Shown here piece after piece: positions 40,084 to 49,643 of a stretch of 64,000 nucleotides of DNA; the stretch's first letter is position 1, and the number at the start of each line of letters is the position of its first letter. A program made the translations under genes and the position numbers. The notes under the pieces are model-generated. The model was not told the DNA's origin. It saw only the letters and a program-made list of their open reading frames with translations, and made no database searches. Source of the stretch: an uncultured delta proteobacterium. GTDB lineage: Bacteria; Desulfobacterota; Binatia; UBA9968. The stretch covers positions 352,001 through 416,000 of the forward strand of contig CAVTUQ010000002.1 of assembly GCA_963737905.1 (NCBI GenBank). Reading direction: 5' to 3'.

Positions 40084-41568
40084 CTAAAGCAACGCTCCAG
40101 GATTTAAAATATTATTCGGATCCACAAGCTGCTTGATCTCCTTGACCAGGTCGTAGAGATGGCTCAGACGTTCATACGGATGGGGACCTTTGGTGCTTAA
40201 TGTCGGCGCGGTCCAGACGACCCCGCGTTTGTTGCTGAATTCCTGCACCATTCCCATCCACTTCCGCAGCTTGCCCACGTCCGCTTCATCGTAGGGATTG
40301 TAAAAGACAAAATATTCTTCCTTGATCGCCAAGTCACGCGTCACGTAACTATCGTGTTGAGGCGAGTGCTCGGCGTCCCAGAGGCCGCAGGCTCGCTTGG
40401 CGGCCTCATCGAGATCGTACATCTCTTGAAGAAAGGTCAGCGGGTACATCTTGGAGGTCACAGCGAACATACCGCTATGGCGCACCACCGATCCGCACCA
40501 ACCGTCGGGCCCCATGATATGATAATCCGGCCAGCCGTGGAGCCCATGCTGCTGCGCTTTGACGCCCATCCCTTTCTCGGCGATCTCCGGCACGTCTACA
40601 CCGCCTGCCTCATGATAGATTCGCCGCATTCGTCGTTCCTTGAACGCGAGTTCTTCCCCATCCCGGGCCATAATTACCGTCTTTAAAAAGAACCAGGCGT
40701 CGCCTGGAATCTTGCTCTCATCGTACAACCCTTCTTCCATCGGCCAGTGATACTGCCAGCGATCGGTAAAATGGATATCATAGACCACCTCGCCCTTGAC
40801 GAGTTTGATGAGCGACTCTTGCACCTGGTCGATCTCGTCGCGGCGAAATGTGTAGCAGTAGTCGTGCAACCATTCCCGCCGTCCTTCGATGGCCCGCAGG
40901 CAAACTTTGCTGATAATTCCCATAGAACCGGCCGCCAAAGTGAACAGACCCAGCAAATCGGGCAGGTGGATCCATTTTTGAAAGGGACCGAAGGGTGTCC
41001 CCTGATTGGCAAGGGCGCCGAGCCGGATGGTCTCGCCATTGGCAAGAATGACCTCCAAGCCGAGCACCATGTCCGCGATCCAACCGTAGCGCGTCATGCC
41101 GTAGCCGATACCGCCCTTATTCACCATGGCGCCAATCACCACTGCCGGCCCGTAGGTTCCAAAGTTAGGTAGCATCAGGCCGTGCTGCCTAAGCGCATGA
41201 TGAATCGCGTAGACGCTCGCACCGCCTTCCGCGATCAGATACTGAAGGGCTGGGTTGACTTCCAAGACTTTGTCCATGCCGAGCATGTCCAGGAGAATGC
41301 CACCCTTGAGCGGCGAGCTGATACCCATACCCACGCCGCCTTTGGCAACGATGGGGATCTTGTTCTCGTTGGCGAACTGGAGAATCTTGGCGACGGAGTG
41401 ATGACCACGGGCATCCGATTCGACACGGACGATGACATCGGGCAATGCCCGATAAGCCCCATAGGCAAGGGTGTGCTGATAGTTGATCTTGTCGATGGGA
41501 TTCGTCGAAACGAACCGTGGACCGACTATCTCTCCGAGTTTTTCAACAATCTGGTCCAGCGATAACAT
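40084..41568 (-). CDS. FAD-binding oxidoreductase (GlcD/VAO-type, FAD_binding_4)
   Basis: 'PDVIVR', 'IPIVAKGG', 'GGILLDM..MDKVLEV', 'VLGLEVILANG', 'GSMGIISK', 'IKQLVDPNNILNPG'; alternative TTG start at 41607. Confidence 0.88.
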   Translation of the reverse strand: MLSLDQIVEKLGEIVGPRFVSTNPIDKINYQHTLAYGAYRALPDVIVRVESDARGHHSVAKILQFANENKIPIVAKGGVGMGISSPLKGGILLDMLGMDKVLEVNPALQYLIAEGGASVYAIHHALRQHGLMLPNFGTYGPAVVIGAMVNKGGIGYGMTRYGWIADMVLGLEVILANGETIRLGALANQGTPFGPFQKWIHLPDLLGLFTLAAGSMGIISKVCLRAIEGRREWLHDYCYTFRRDEIDQVQESLIKLVKGEVVYDIHFTDRWQYHWPMEEGLYDESKIPGDAWFFLKTVIMARDGEELAFKERRMRRIYHEAGGVDVPEIAEKGMGVKAQQHGLHGWPDYHIMGPDGWCGSVVRHSGMFAVTSKMYPLTFLQEMYDLDEAAKRACGLWDAEHSPQHDSYVTRDLAIKEEYFVFYNPYDEADVGKLRKWMGMVQEFSNKRGVVWTAPTLSTKGPHPYERLSHLYDLVKEIKQLVDPNNILNPGALL

Positions 41569-41621
41569 GAGAGCGAATCCCTGGGCGAGAGAAAATAGTT
41601 CTACCAAACGGAAAGATAATA

Positions 41622-42395
41622 TCAGAGTTGGAGATGGCTTCCACCGGTGATCAGGATATGGGTACCCGTGAGCATGCTGGATTCATTACCGGCTAAGAAC
41701 GCAATGGTTCCAGCAACGTCCTCGGGATAAAGATGTTTCTTTAGCGGCCGGGTTTCACGCACGCGCTCTCGAAACGCCTCCGGCATGATCATGGAAGCAT
41801 CGGTTAAAGTAAAAGCCGGCGTTACGACATTAACCGCAACGCCCAAAGGTCCCAGTTCGATGGCCATAGTGTCGGCCATCGATTCCAAGGCGGATTTTGC
41901 GGCCGCATAAGCACCCATGCGCGGCAAGGGCTGTTGGGCCAGCCGCGTGCTGATGACGATGATCTTGCCGGCTTTCTTTGCGACCATTCCCGGCAAACAG
42001 GCCTGGACGCAATTGTGGAAGGCGGAAAGCTCATGTTCGACAGCCTGATGAAAATTCTCCCACGACAGTTCATGCAATGGACCCACCTCGAAAGGGAAGT
42101 AGGCGTTGTTGACCAGCACGTCGACGGCGCTCAATCCCTCCTGGACCGCAGCCACCATGGCGTCCACGTTATGTCTCTGCGTCACGTCGGCCTGAAAAAT
42201 CATGCCCCGGCCGCCCTCCGCCTCAACTTCTTCGAGAACCTTTTGCGCCGCTTCCTGATTCTGATGATAGTTAATGACCACGGTGGCGCCGGACTGCGCC
42301 AGCCGCTTGGCCGCGGCGGCACCGATGCCTCGGCTCGCCCCGGTGACGAGAGCGACTTTTCCCTGGAGCGGCTCGAGTCTAGCTTGCTCCGTCAT
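41622..42395 (-). CDS. Short-chain dehydrogenase/reductase (FabG-like)
   Basis: 'TGASRGIG', 'NNA', catalytic 'YAAAK'. Confidence 0.93.
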   Translation of the reverse strand: MTEQARLEPLQGKVALVTGASRGIGAAAAKRLAQSGATVVINYHQNQEAAQKVLEEVEAEGGRGMIFQADVTQRHNVDAMVAAVQEGLSAVDVLVNNAYFPFEVGPLHELSWENFHQAVEHELSAFHNCVQACLPGMVAKKAGKIIVISTRLAQQPLPRMGAYAAAKSALESMADTMAIELGPLGVAVNVVTPAFTLTDASMIMPEAFRERVRETRPLKKHLYPEDVAGTIAFLAGNESSMLTGTHILITGGSHLQL

Positions 42396-42407
42396 GGACT
42401 CAAAAGC

Positions 42408-43889
42408 TCAAATAGCGACGGCGTCTTCCGCCGCGCCCTTTTCGTACTTCGCGGCGTTGTTCTTGAAGGAGAGAAACTTCATCCTCACGTAGGGCGAACT
42501 GTAACCGTTCAAGATCCGGTCGATACGTCCCGGCTTGCCATAAAAGGATTGAAAAGCCCAACCGGTCAATTCGCCCAGCTGATGGCGCGTGAGATGTTTG
42601 GTTGGCATAACGCAATGCTCCAGGTCGTACAGACTGAGGTTGTCGATTTCGATAAGGTTATCCTTGACCGCCTTTTTGTAAATGGGCGATCCCGGAATCG
42701 GATTAAGCAATTGGATCATGACGATATCCGGATCGATCTCGTCAACAGCCTTGGCCCGCTGGCGAATTTTTGCCTCATCGTCTTCCCAGAAGCCGTTTAA
42801 ATAGGTCGAGATCGTCGAGACGTCATTCTTGCGCAGGAACTGGATAAGCTCCTTTAACTCCTTGACGCCCACTTTCATGGATCCCTTGCGAGCCTCGGCG
42901 ATCTCTTCGTCGGTCCCGCCATCGATGCCGATCAGTACCTGATAGAGACCGACCTTGCGTAGCCGCGGGATCAAATCGGCGTCGCGGATGAGATTCTGTG
43001 CCCTGCTCAGGCAAAACCAGCTCATGTCCAGTTTTCTTTTTTCCAGCTCGTCCACCAAGTCGACCATCTTCTGGCGGTCGGAGTTGAAGTCATCGTCCAT
43101 AAATGTAAGCGACTTGACGCCGTAGCGCTGGTTCAACAACTCCATCTCGTCGGCTACCGATTTACCGCTCCGGGTGCGGTGCGAGCTGAAGTCACGTGGA
43201 TTGCGCGGATCAACCAGCCACCACTCGTAACAAAAGTGGCAAGCCCCCTCGCAACCTCGGGTGGTCACGGCTTCGTTGTAGTTTGGAATGACGGAATAGC
43301 CGTAGTAGCGATCCATCGGGAAGAGATCGTAGGCCGGCATGGGAAGCTCATCGAGATTCTGGATCAAGGGTCTGGCTGGGGTGAGTATTATTTCCTCACC
43401 GCTGCGATAGGCAAGTCCCCTAATCGCGCCGAAGTTCGGCGATGAGCGTTTGAGCTCCTCTAACAGTTCCCACAGCGGGTATTCATTATCGCCAAAGACG
43501 CCAACGATCGCGAAGTCAAGCTGAGGATTATCTTTCATGATCTGTTGGGGAATGGCAGTATACATCAACCCACCGCCGACGGTGACCGTCTTGGGATAAG
43601 ATTCCTTGATCCGTTTCATCGCCGCATGAAAGCGGTTCAGCTGCGCCGCGCCGCCTGCGGCTGGAATCACGCTGCCGAAGAAGACAACATCCGGTCGTTG
43701 TCGGCCGACCTCGTCTGCCATTTGGTCATCATCGAAGCCGAGGGCACGGCAATCCAAAACCCCAACATCCGCGGCTTCCTTTTCGCGGATAAACGCCGCG
43801 ACTTGCGAGTGCAGGGAATTTACCGCGAGATGGCGGTCACCCCAGGGCGCCCAATTTCCCATGGGGGGTGTGACAAATAGGAGTTTCAT
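42408..43889 (-). CDS. Cobalamin-binding radical SAM enzyme (class B methylase/BchE-like)
   Basis: N-terminal B12-binding domain ('PDVV', 'TVGGG', 'LDELPMPAYDL'), 'TRGCEGACHFC' CxxxCxxC, 'FMDDDF', 'PIPGSPIY'. Confidence 0.9.
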   Translation of the reverse strand: MKLLFVTPPMGNWAPWGDRHLAVNSLHSQVAAFIREKEAADVGVLDCRALGFDDDQMADEVGRQRPDVVFFGSVIPAAGGAAQLNRFHAAMKRIKESYPKTVTVGGGLMYTAIPQQIMKDNPQLDFAIVGVFGDNEYPLWELLEELKRSSPNFGAIRGLAYRSGEEIILTPARPLIQNLDELPMPAYDLFPMDRYYGYSVIPNYNEAVTTRGCEGACHFCYEWWLVDPRNPRDFSSHRTRSGKSVADEMELLNQRYGVKSLTFMDDDFNSDRQKMVDLVDELEKRKLDMSWFCLSRAQNLIRDADLIPRLRKVGLYQVLIGIDGGTDEEIAEARKGSMKVGVKELKELIQFLRKNDVSTISTYLNGFWEDDEAKIRQRAKAVDEIDPDIVMIQLLNPIPGSPIYKKAVKDNLIEIDNLSLYDLEHCVMPTKHLTRHQLGELTGWAFQSFYGKPGRIDRILNGYSSPYVRMKFLSFKNNAAKYEKGAAEDAVAI

Positions 43890-43923
43890 AGGGTCTCCTC
43901 GTTAAAGTTAGATCGTTTGACCC

Positions 43924-43952
43924 AAAATATTTAATACCTAAACGATTGTCAA
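43924..43952 (-). promoter_or_regulatory. Putative sigma70 promoter of the radical SAM operon
   Basis: TTGACA-17 nt-TATTTT on the minus strand, ~35 nt upstream of the ATG. Confidence 0.5.
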
Positions 43953-44030
43953 GATTACACCTAAGAAATAGAGCAATTTAGCCCCACGGCAGCCCCTCAA
44001 AATAAAGTCAAATGGCCTGCAATTTTACTG

Positions 44031-44059
44031 TTGACAACACTACGCCCTTCTGTTACACG
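44031..44059 (+). promoter_or_regulatory. Putative sigma70 promoter of the ABC permease gene
   Basis: TTGACA-17 nt-TACACG with an extended -10 TG. Confidence 0.5.
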
Positions 44060-44120
44060 TGCGCGAGGCTGGGAAGGTGTTCCGGTTAATAACCATTAAC
44101 GAATAGAGGAGGGTAACCCC

Positions 44121-44966
44121 ATGGCTGAACAAGCCGCGCAAGAGCAACTTTTAGACGTTAGAGTAGCTGAAGCGTCTGCAGCGTATAAGTTCTATCTCAA
44201 CCAGGAAAGGAAGATCCTGGGAACGATAGCCGTCGTTATTTTCCTGACTATCTGGGAGCTAGTCGGCAACACGCTGCAACTTATCAATCCCATGTTCATG
44301 AGCGCGCCTTCCTTGGTGGCGAAGGCAGCGGTTCAGCTCTTCGTCTCAGGAGAGATTTGGAATGACTTGTATGTCAGCGGCATCGAATTCTTTTGGGGTT
44401 ATTTCCTCTCCGTTGTCTTTGCCATTCCTTTCGGTATCGCCATCGGTTGGTACAAACGATTCGCCTATATTTGCGATCCATTCGTCAACGCGATGAATGC
44501 AACGCCCCGCGTCGCACTCCTGCCCTTGGTTATCATTTGGCTAGGTATCGGCATTCTTTCCAAGGTCGGGATTATCTTCCTGGGCGCAGTATTTCCCTTG
44601 CTGATAAACACTCGAGACGGCGTAAAGACGACCCCCGCCAACCTCCTTACCGCCGCGAGAAGTTTTGGGGCTTCGGAGTGGCAGATTTTTAAATCTGTCG
44701 TATTACCCTCCACGGTACCCTTTATCTTGACCGGATTACGATTGGCGGTCGGGCGGGCCCTTATCGGCGTCATGGTCGGTGAGCTGTACGCCGCAACCGC
44801 GGGCATTGGCTTCATGATCACCGTCGCAGGCGCGACCTTTCAAACGGATAAGGTCTTCGTCGGCGTCCTGGTCTTCGCGATCACCGGTATGATTCTGACT
44901 GACGTCCTGGACCGGATCGAACATCGGTTCGACAAGTGGCGCCCGAAGGTGGGTGCGGACGTATAA
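44121..44966 (+). CDS. ABC transporter permease (SsuC/TauC/NitT-type)
   Basis: 'TPRVALLPLVIIWLGIG', EAA-like 'AARSFGASEWQIF..VVLP', 'GEL....GIG'. Confidence 0.92.
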   Translation: MAEQAAQEQLLDVRVAEASAAYKFYLNQERKILGTIAVVIFLTIWELVGNTLQLINPMFMSAPSLVAKAAVQLFVSGEIWNDLYVSGIEFFWGYFLSVVFAIPFGIAIGWYKRFAYICDPFVNAMNATPRVALLPLVIIWLGIGILSKVGIIFLGAVFPLLINTRDGVKTTPANLLTAARSFGASEWQIFKSVVLPSTVPFILTGLRLAVGRALIGVMVGELYAATAGIGFMITVAGATFQTDKVFVGVLVFAITGMILTDVLDRIEHRFDKWRPKVGADV

Positions 44967-44996
44967 CTCGCTGATATTGCCTTAGAGTTTGTTTCG

Positions 44997-45036
44997 AAGG
45001 TGGCGTTTCGGAGCTGTCCGGCGCCACCTTTTTTTT
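44997..45036 (+). terminator. Rho-independent terminator
   Basis: aaggtggcg...cgccacc stem followed by a T-run, just after the permease stop codon. Confidence 0.75.
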
Positions 45037-45594
45037 GCAACTAATCTCGTCGCGGGGCTTTTATCCGGCGGGCTACTGCTGCGATGCTTTTTCTTAATCT
45101 TGAGATTGCCGCCGTTGCCCCACCGGCTTTCGCTTTTCGCGCGCTGACAACGCTATTGAACTTCCCCCACCGGATCTGATTGATCCATTGTTTCGGCGCT
45201 TCCTCCTTCCGGCGCCGCTTTTTCTGAATGCGACGTCCTTTAGTCTTCAGTATCCTCTATTTGGCAGATGGTACAATCATGAGCTTAGGTAGATGACCTT
45301 TTCGTCGTGGACCGACCGCTCACCAAGCGATCTTCGGCAACCCGGAGAAGCGCAGGAACAGTCTTGCCGCACAGATAACTTGCCGATGGCGTAGTCCGCA
45401 TAAAGAACAATTATTGAGTTCTTCCAATTCAAAACCTGGCAGCACCCGGAATTTTCGGGAAGGGGTTGATTCGGCCAGGAGGATATTCCCATGGCCAACG
45501 ACACCGTTAAGATCGTGCCAAGAGTGGTCTGTTCGTAGGTACGTGGACTATCACAAGCCTCGTTTTTCGCATTTTTTGCTGCTATACCACTCCG

Positions 45595-46323
45595 ATGATT
45601 AACCCACGGCGGCAGCTCGCTATCAGAGCTGTTATCTTCATCGCCTTGGTGGGGCTGCTGTTTTTCTTCAGTCACTACATTCCGCAACCGTTCACCGCAC
45701 TCATGCCGCCGGGCGAGGACTTCGATGATTTCGAAGCGATTTATTCCAGCAGCGATAAACTTAGTAAGTTTCTCCAATCTTTAGGACCTTATTCTCCGGC
45801 GGTATTCGTGCTTCTACAAATACTCCAGGTAGTGGCGGCTCCATTTCCCGGAGAACTGACCGGGGTCGCCGGCGGATATGTCTATGGCGAAACCATGGGC
45901 TTTGTGCTTTCCATGGTGGGACTCTCCATCGGCTCCTGGGTCGCGTTCGAACTGGCAAATATTTTGGGCAGGCCGTTTGTCGAGCGATTTGTCAGCCAGG
46001 AAGTTCTGCACAAGTTTGACTTCCTGACCACGAATACGGGTGCCACGATTTCCTTTTTGTTGTTTCTTATTCCCGGCTTCCCGAAGGACTACCTCTGCTA
46101 TCTGCTGGGTTTAACCCGGATGAAGCTGAGTACCTTCCTGATCGTATCCATCATCGGCCGTATCCCGGGAACTTATCTGTTAACCGTTCAGGGCGCCAAG
46201 TTCCGCAATCACGAATATTACGCAGTGGCCATCTTCGCTGCCGTCTCCGCGGTGATCTTACTTGTGACCTATCTCTACCGAAACCAGATTTACCACTGGA
46301 TCAAGCACCGCCATGGTCGCTGA
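45595..46323 (+). CDS. TVP38/TMEM64 (VTT/DedA superfamily) membrane protein
   Basis: 'QVVAAPFPGE', 'GRPFV', 'FLIPGFPKDYLCYLLGL', 'GRIPG'. Confidence 0.88.
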   Translation: MINPRRQLAIRAVIFIALVGLLFFFSHYIPQPFTALMPPGEDFDDFEAIYSSSDKLSKFLQSLGPYSPAVFVLLQILQVVAAPFPGELTGVAGGYVYGETMGFVLSMVGLSIGSWVAFELANILGRPFVERFVSQEVLHKFDFLTTNTGATISFLLFLIPGFPKDYLCYLLGLTRMKLSTFLIVSIIGRIPGTYLLTVQGAKFRNHEYYAVAIFAAVSAVILLVTYLYRNQIYHWIKHRHGR

Positions 46324-46345
46324 AAGCCAAGACGGAAACCGGTGC

Positions 46346-47164
46346 TTACAAAGTCAGGCTGCGCGTTGCGGAATAGAAAATCGCAGCCACCGCGATGCGG
46401 TACCAGGCGAACGGCGCGAGGCTCCAGCGACTTAGGAAACTTACAAAAGCCTTGACTGCCATGAGCGCCACCAAGAATGATACGACAAACCCCACGCCAA
46501 ACTGTACGAGGTCCTGAGCGGCAAAGAGACTGTGCATTTTAACCAGCTCATAGCCTGTCGCTGCGAACATTATTGGCACCGCAATGAGGAAGGAGAATTC
46601 CGCCGCCCCCCTTCTCTCGATTCCCAGAAGCATTCCGCCAACAATCGTTGCCGCCGCTCTTGACGTACCCGGCCACAGGGCAAGGACTTGGAAGAGACCG
46701 ATTCCAAAGGCCTGACCCAAGGTGATAGTTTCAAGTGAATAAGAGCGGCGATGGGAAACAAATTTCTCAGCAAGCAAAATGGCGATGCCACCCACGGCCA
46801 ACGCCCAGGTTACCGCCAGCGGGGTAAAGAGCTGCTCTTTGATCGTATGGCGTGCGAGAAAACCGACGATCAAGGCAGGTATCGTCGCTAGGGTAATCCG
46901 CCAAAGGCCGGACCACCCTTTTAAGGTCGAGTCAGAGTGAGCAACAGACCGGGTGGGAATCAAGTCTATGAACCGTCGCCAGTATAAAAAAACTACCGAT
47001 AGCACTGCGCCGAGTTGAATGGCGACTTCGAAGCTTGCCGCTTTTTCGCCGACGAAACCGAGCAGATGGCCGACCAGGATCAGATGACCGGTAGAAGACA
47101 CCGGTATAAATTCAGTGAGCCCTTCCACAATACCTAAGACAACAGCAATGCCCAGAGAGTCCAC
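46346..47164 (-). CDS. uppP: Undecaprenyl-diphosphate phosphatase
   Basis: 'GIVEGLTEFIPVSSTGHL', 'IQLGA', 'PGTSR', 'AAEFSF', 'FAWYR'. Confidence 0.95.
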   Translation of the reverse strand: MDSLGIAVVLGIVEGLTEFIPVSSTGHLILVGHLLGFVGEKAASFEVAIQLGAVLSVVFLYWRRFIDLIPTRSVAHSDSTLKGWSGLWRITLATIPALIVGFLARHTIKEQLFTPLAVTWALAVGGIAILLAEKFVSHRRSYSLETITLGQAFGIGLFQVLALWPGTSRAAATIVGGMLLGIERRGAAEFSFLIAVPIMFAATGYELVKMHSLFAAQDLVQFGVGFVVSFLVALMAVKAFVSFLSRWSLAPFAWYRIAVAAIFYSATRSLTL

Positions 47165-47210
47165 ACATCCTCCTCCTGATCTACCGGATCAAAATACCGC
47201 AAACTCCCTT

Positions 47211-47843
47211 TCAGGCACTAGACCTTGCCTTGCGCCATTCGCTGAGGAACTTGATGATGCCGGGAAGCAGTGAAAGGAAAATAACAATGGCGATCACAAG
47301 ATGAATTTGCTCCTGAATATTCGGAATGAGTGTGCCCAGAAAATAGCCGGCTAAGGTGGTCGTCATCACCCAGAAAATTCCACCCAGGGCATTGAAAGCC
47401 AGGAAGCGCGCGTAGGACATTGCGCCCACACCCGCCACGACAGGGGCGAAGGTTCTGATAATGGGAATAAAACGAGCAATCACGATCGTAAATCCGCCGT
47501 ACCGGTCATAAAATTCTTTAGCCGAAATGAGGTGCTTGCGATTAAATAAAAGAGAATTCTCTCGAGTAAAAATTTTTGGCCCCGTCGTGTAGCCGATCCG
47601 GTAGCCCACCGTATCACCGACAATCGCTGCCGCGCTCAACGAAATATTCAACGTCAACAAATCAAGATCGCCTTTAGCAGCGAATATCCCGGCGGTTACC
47701 AATAGGGAGTCGCCGGGCAAGAAAAAGCCGATCAACAGGCCGGTTTCGACGAATACAATGATCGTGAGTGCGACTAACCCTCCCGCGCGAACCAGCAACT
47801 CAACATCATAAATTTGGTGAAATAAATTCCAGAAAAATTCCAT
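47211..47843 (-). CDS. dedA: DedA family protein
   Basis: 'FVETGLLIGFFLPGDSLL', 'GDTVGY.IG', 'ARFIPIIRTFAP.VAG'. Confidence 0.92.
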   Translation of the reverse strand: MEFFWNLFHQIYDVELLVRAGGLVALTIIVFVETGLLIGFFLPGDSLLVTAGIFAAKGDLDLLTLNISLSAAAIVGDTVGYRIGYTTGPKIFTRENSLLFNRKHLISAKEFYDRYGGFTIVIARFIPIIRTFAPVVAGVGAMSYARFLAFNALGGIFWVMTTTLAGYFLGTLIPNIQEQIHLVIAIVIFLSLLPGIIKFLSEWRKARSSA

Positions 47844-47954
47844 TTTTCTCTTCAACCTCCGTATTTCAATCCAGGGGTACCACGGCCAGTCGGAACGATC
47901 TTTCTCGTGCTGCCTTTTACAAACAGGGCAAGGAGAGCACGCATCTGACCCGGA

Positions 47955-49643
47955 TTATTCGGAAAGGAGTCCCCGCGACTTTACCAGGACAAGGGGGTGC
48001 TTCGCCACCGGCCCCCAACCTTCGCTGATGTCCAACATTTCAAGAGCATTCTTCCTTCGTAAGCTTTGCCAATCTTCCTCCCACATGAGCAAAAAAACCG
48101 GCTGCTTCAACTTGTTTACTTTCTGGGCATAGGGAGCGATCTCCCTGCGGGAATAGAAGATCGTACCGTAATCAAAAGAATTATAAAACAAGATTGGCGT
48201 TTGCGGAGCAATATTTTCTCGTAACCGGGTAGCAAAAGGTTTCAAAGTTCGCTCTCCCGCGATCGCCGGATAGTAGCTGGTTTTCAAAAATACCGTTGCC
48301 GCCGTGGCCATCATGGCGATAGCAACAAACATCCCATCCCATTGTTTTCGCGGCAACGATAAAAAGATGAGAAGCGAAGCTGCAGCAAAAACCGACAAAC
48401 CGATCCAAAGCGGCACAGAGGGGGTGAAAAAGCTTTGGAGATCGTCCAGAGCGCCAGCGCTTCTTAGTCGCGGGAAAAGGTGTTCAACCTGCGCACCGCT
48501 AGCCCCCGCCAGGAAAAACATTAGCGTTCCAACACCGACAAGACTAGCAGCGGCCAACGCAACCCCTGCCGCGGAAGTGACCCAAACATCCTCAGTCGCG
48601 GTTTCCCTGCCAAGGCTTCCCCACCATGCACCGAGGAGCAGCGCAAAAGCCGGATAAAGAGGAAGGATGTATACGGCGCGTTTGCCTGAAGCCAAGCTGA
48701 AAAACAGAAACACGCTAACCCACCAAACCAGCGGGAACAGCAGAGGGTCGTCAATTAACTCGCGGCGCCGCCGATACAGAAAAAACGCCAGCGGAGGAAC
48801 GAAAACACTCCATGGCGCCTGGTTCAGAAAGAAATTCGAAACATAATAATACAAAGGCTGGTGACGCCCGTAATCGCCGGCCGCGGTGCCAAGACTTTCC
48901 TCAATAATCTGCCGGATGAAAAACGCGGATCCTCCCTGTCGCATAGCCAACGCGTACCAAGAACCGGCGACAAGAAGAAAAAGCACGGCACCGGAAATAG
49001 GGTGCGCTTTCTTCAGGAAGGCAAAATCACGCCGCAGGCAAAGAAAAACAAAGATGATCAACAAGGGGACAAGAAGGCCAAGCGGTCCCTTGGCCAACGT
49101 GGCGCAAGCCAACAGTAATGCCACGGCTATCGCATTGCCTTGGCTGTACCTCCCCTCTCGATACATAAAATAGAATAACAGCAAAGCTGCGGTCATAAAG
49201 AACGCTAGGGTCATGTCGACTTGGGCCATGGTGGCCGCACGCCACCACCCGGGTGTGGTCGCCAAAACGATCGCAGCGAACCGCCCTGTTTTCTCATTCC
49301 AATGACGCGTTCCTGTACTATAGACGAGAAGAACGCCTAGTGTCGCAAAAAGCGCAGAGGGGAGGCGGATCGTCAACTCGTTCACGTCTCCGATCACGGT
49401 CGATATCACGACACCGATCCAATGAAAGAAAGGTGGTTTGAAAGGAATGTAGTCGCCATTGATTTTTGGAAGAACCCAGTTTCCTGTCTTGTACATTTCC
49501 CAGACCACCAATCCTTCGCGGGGTTCTCCGCGCTCGTAGAATGGGATGTTGCCCAATTCCCAGAAAAATAGAAAGAAACACAAAATGAGGAGAAGCGAGA
49601 ACGCCGAGAACTTTATACCCCTCGGCGGTCTTACGTCAGCCAC
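47955..49643 (-). CDS. ArnT/PMT-family (GT83/GT39) lipid-linked-sugar glycosyltransferase
   Basis: 'GEPRE', 'KPPFFHW', 'RLPSAL', 'LAKGPLG', 'HQPLYYY', 'K..YILP.YPA'. Confidence 0.9.
   Translation of the reverse strand: MADVRPPRGIKFSAFSLLLILCFFLFFWELGNIPFYERGEPREGLVVWEMYKTGNWVLPKINGDYIPFKPPFFHWIGVVISTVIGDVNELTIRLPSALFATLGVLLVYSTGTRHWNEKTGRFAAIVLATTPGWWRAATMAQVDMTLAFFMTAALLLFYFMYREGRYSQGNAIAVALLLACATLAKGPLGLLVPLLIIFVFLCLRRDFAFLKKAHPISGAVLFLLVAGSWYALAMRQGGSAFFIRQIIEESLGTAAGDYGRHQPLYYYVSNFFLNQAPWSVFVPPLAFFLYRRRRELIDDPLLFPLVWWVSVFLFFSLASGKRAVYILPLYPAFALLLGAWWGSLGRETATEDVWVTSAAGVALAAASLVGVGTLMFFLAGASGAQVEHLFPRLRSAGALDDLQSFFTPSVPLWIGLSVFAAASLLIFLSLPRKQWDGMFVAIAMMATAATVFLKTSYYPAIAGERTLKPFATRLRENIAPQTPILFYNSFDYGTIFYSRREIAPYAQKVNKLKQPVFLLMWEEDWQSLRRKNALEMLDISEGWGPVAKHPLVLVKSRGLLSE

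Noticed and set aside
42408-43889. Naming the radical SAM gene bchE
   Set aside because: Only general B12-radical SAM similarity; no other bacteriochlorophyll genes nearby.
45041-45250. 69-codon Lys/Arg-rich minus-strand frame (LKTKGRRIQKKRRRKEE...)
   Set aside because: Only a CTG start with an in-frame stop just upstream and an RBS-like motif too close; unsupported without homologs.
45277-45777. 166 aa minus-strand ORF
   Set aside because: Overlaps the TVP38 gene antisense; the Cys-rich 3' part has no recognisable family.
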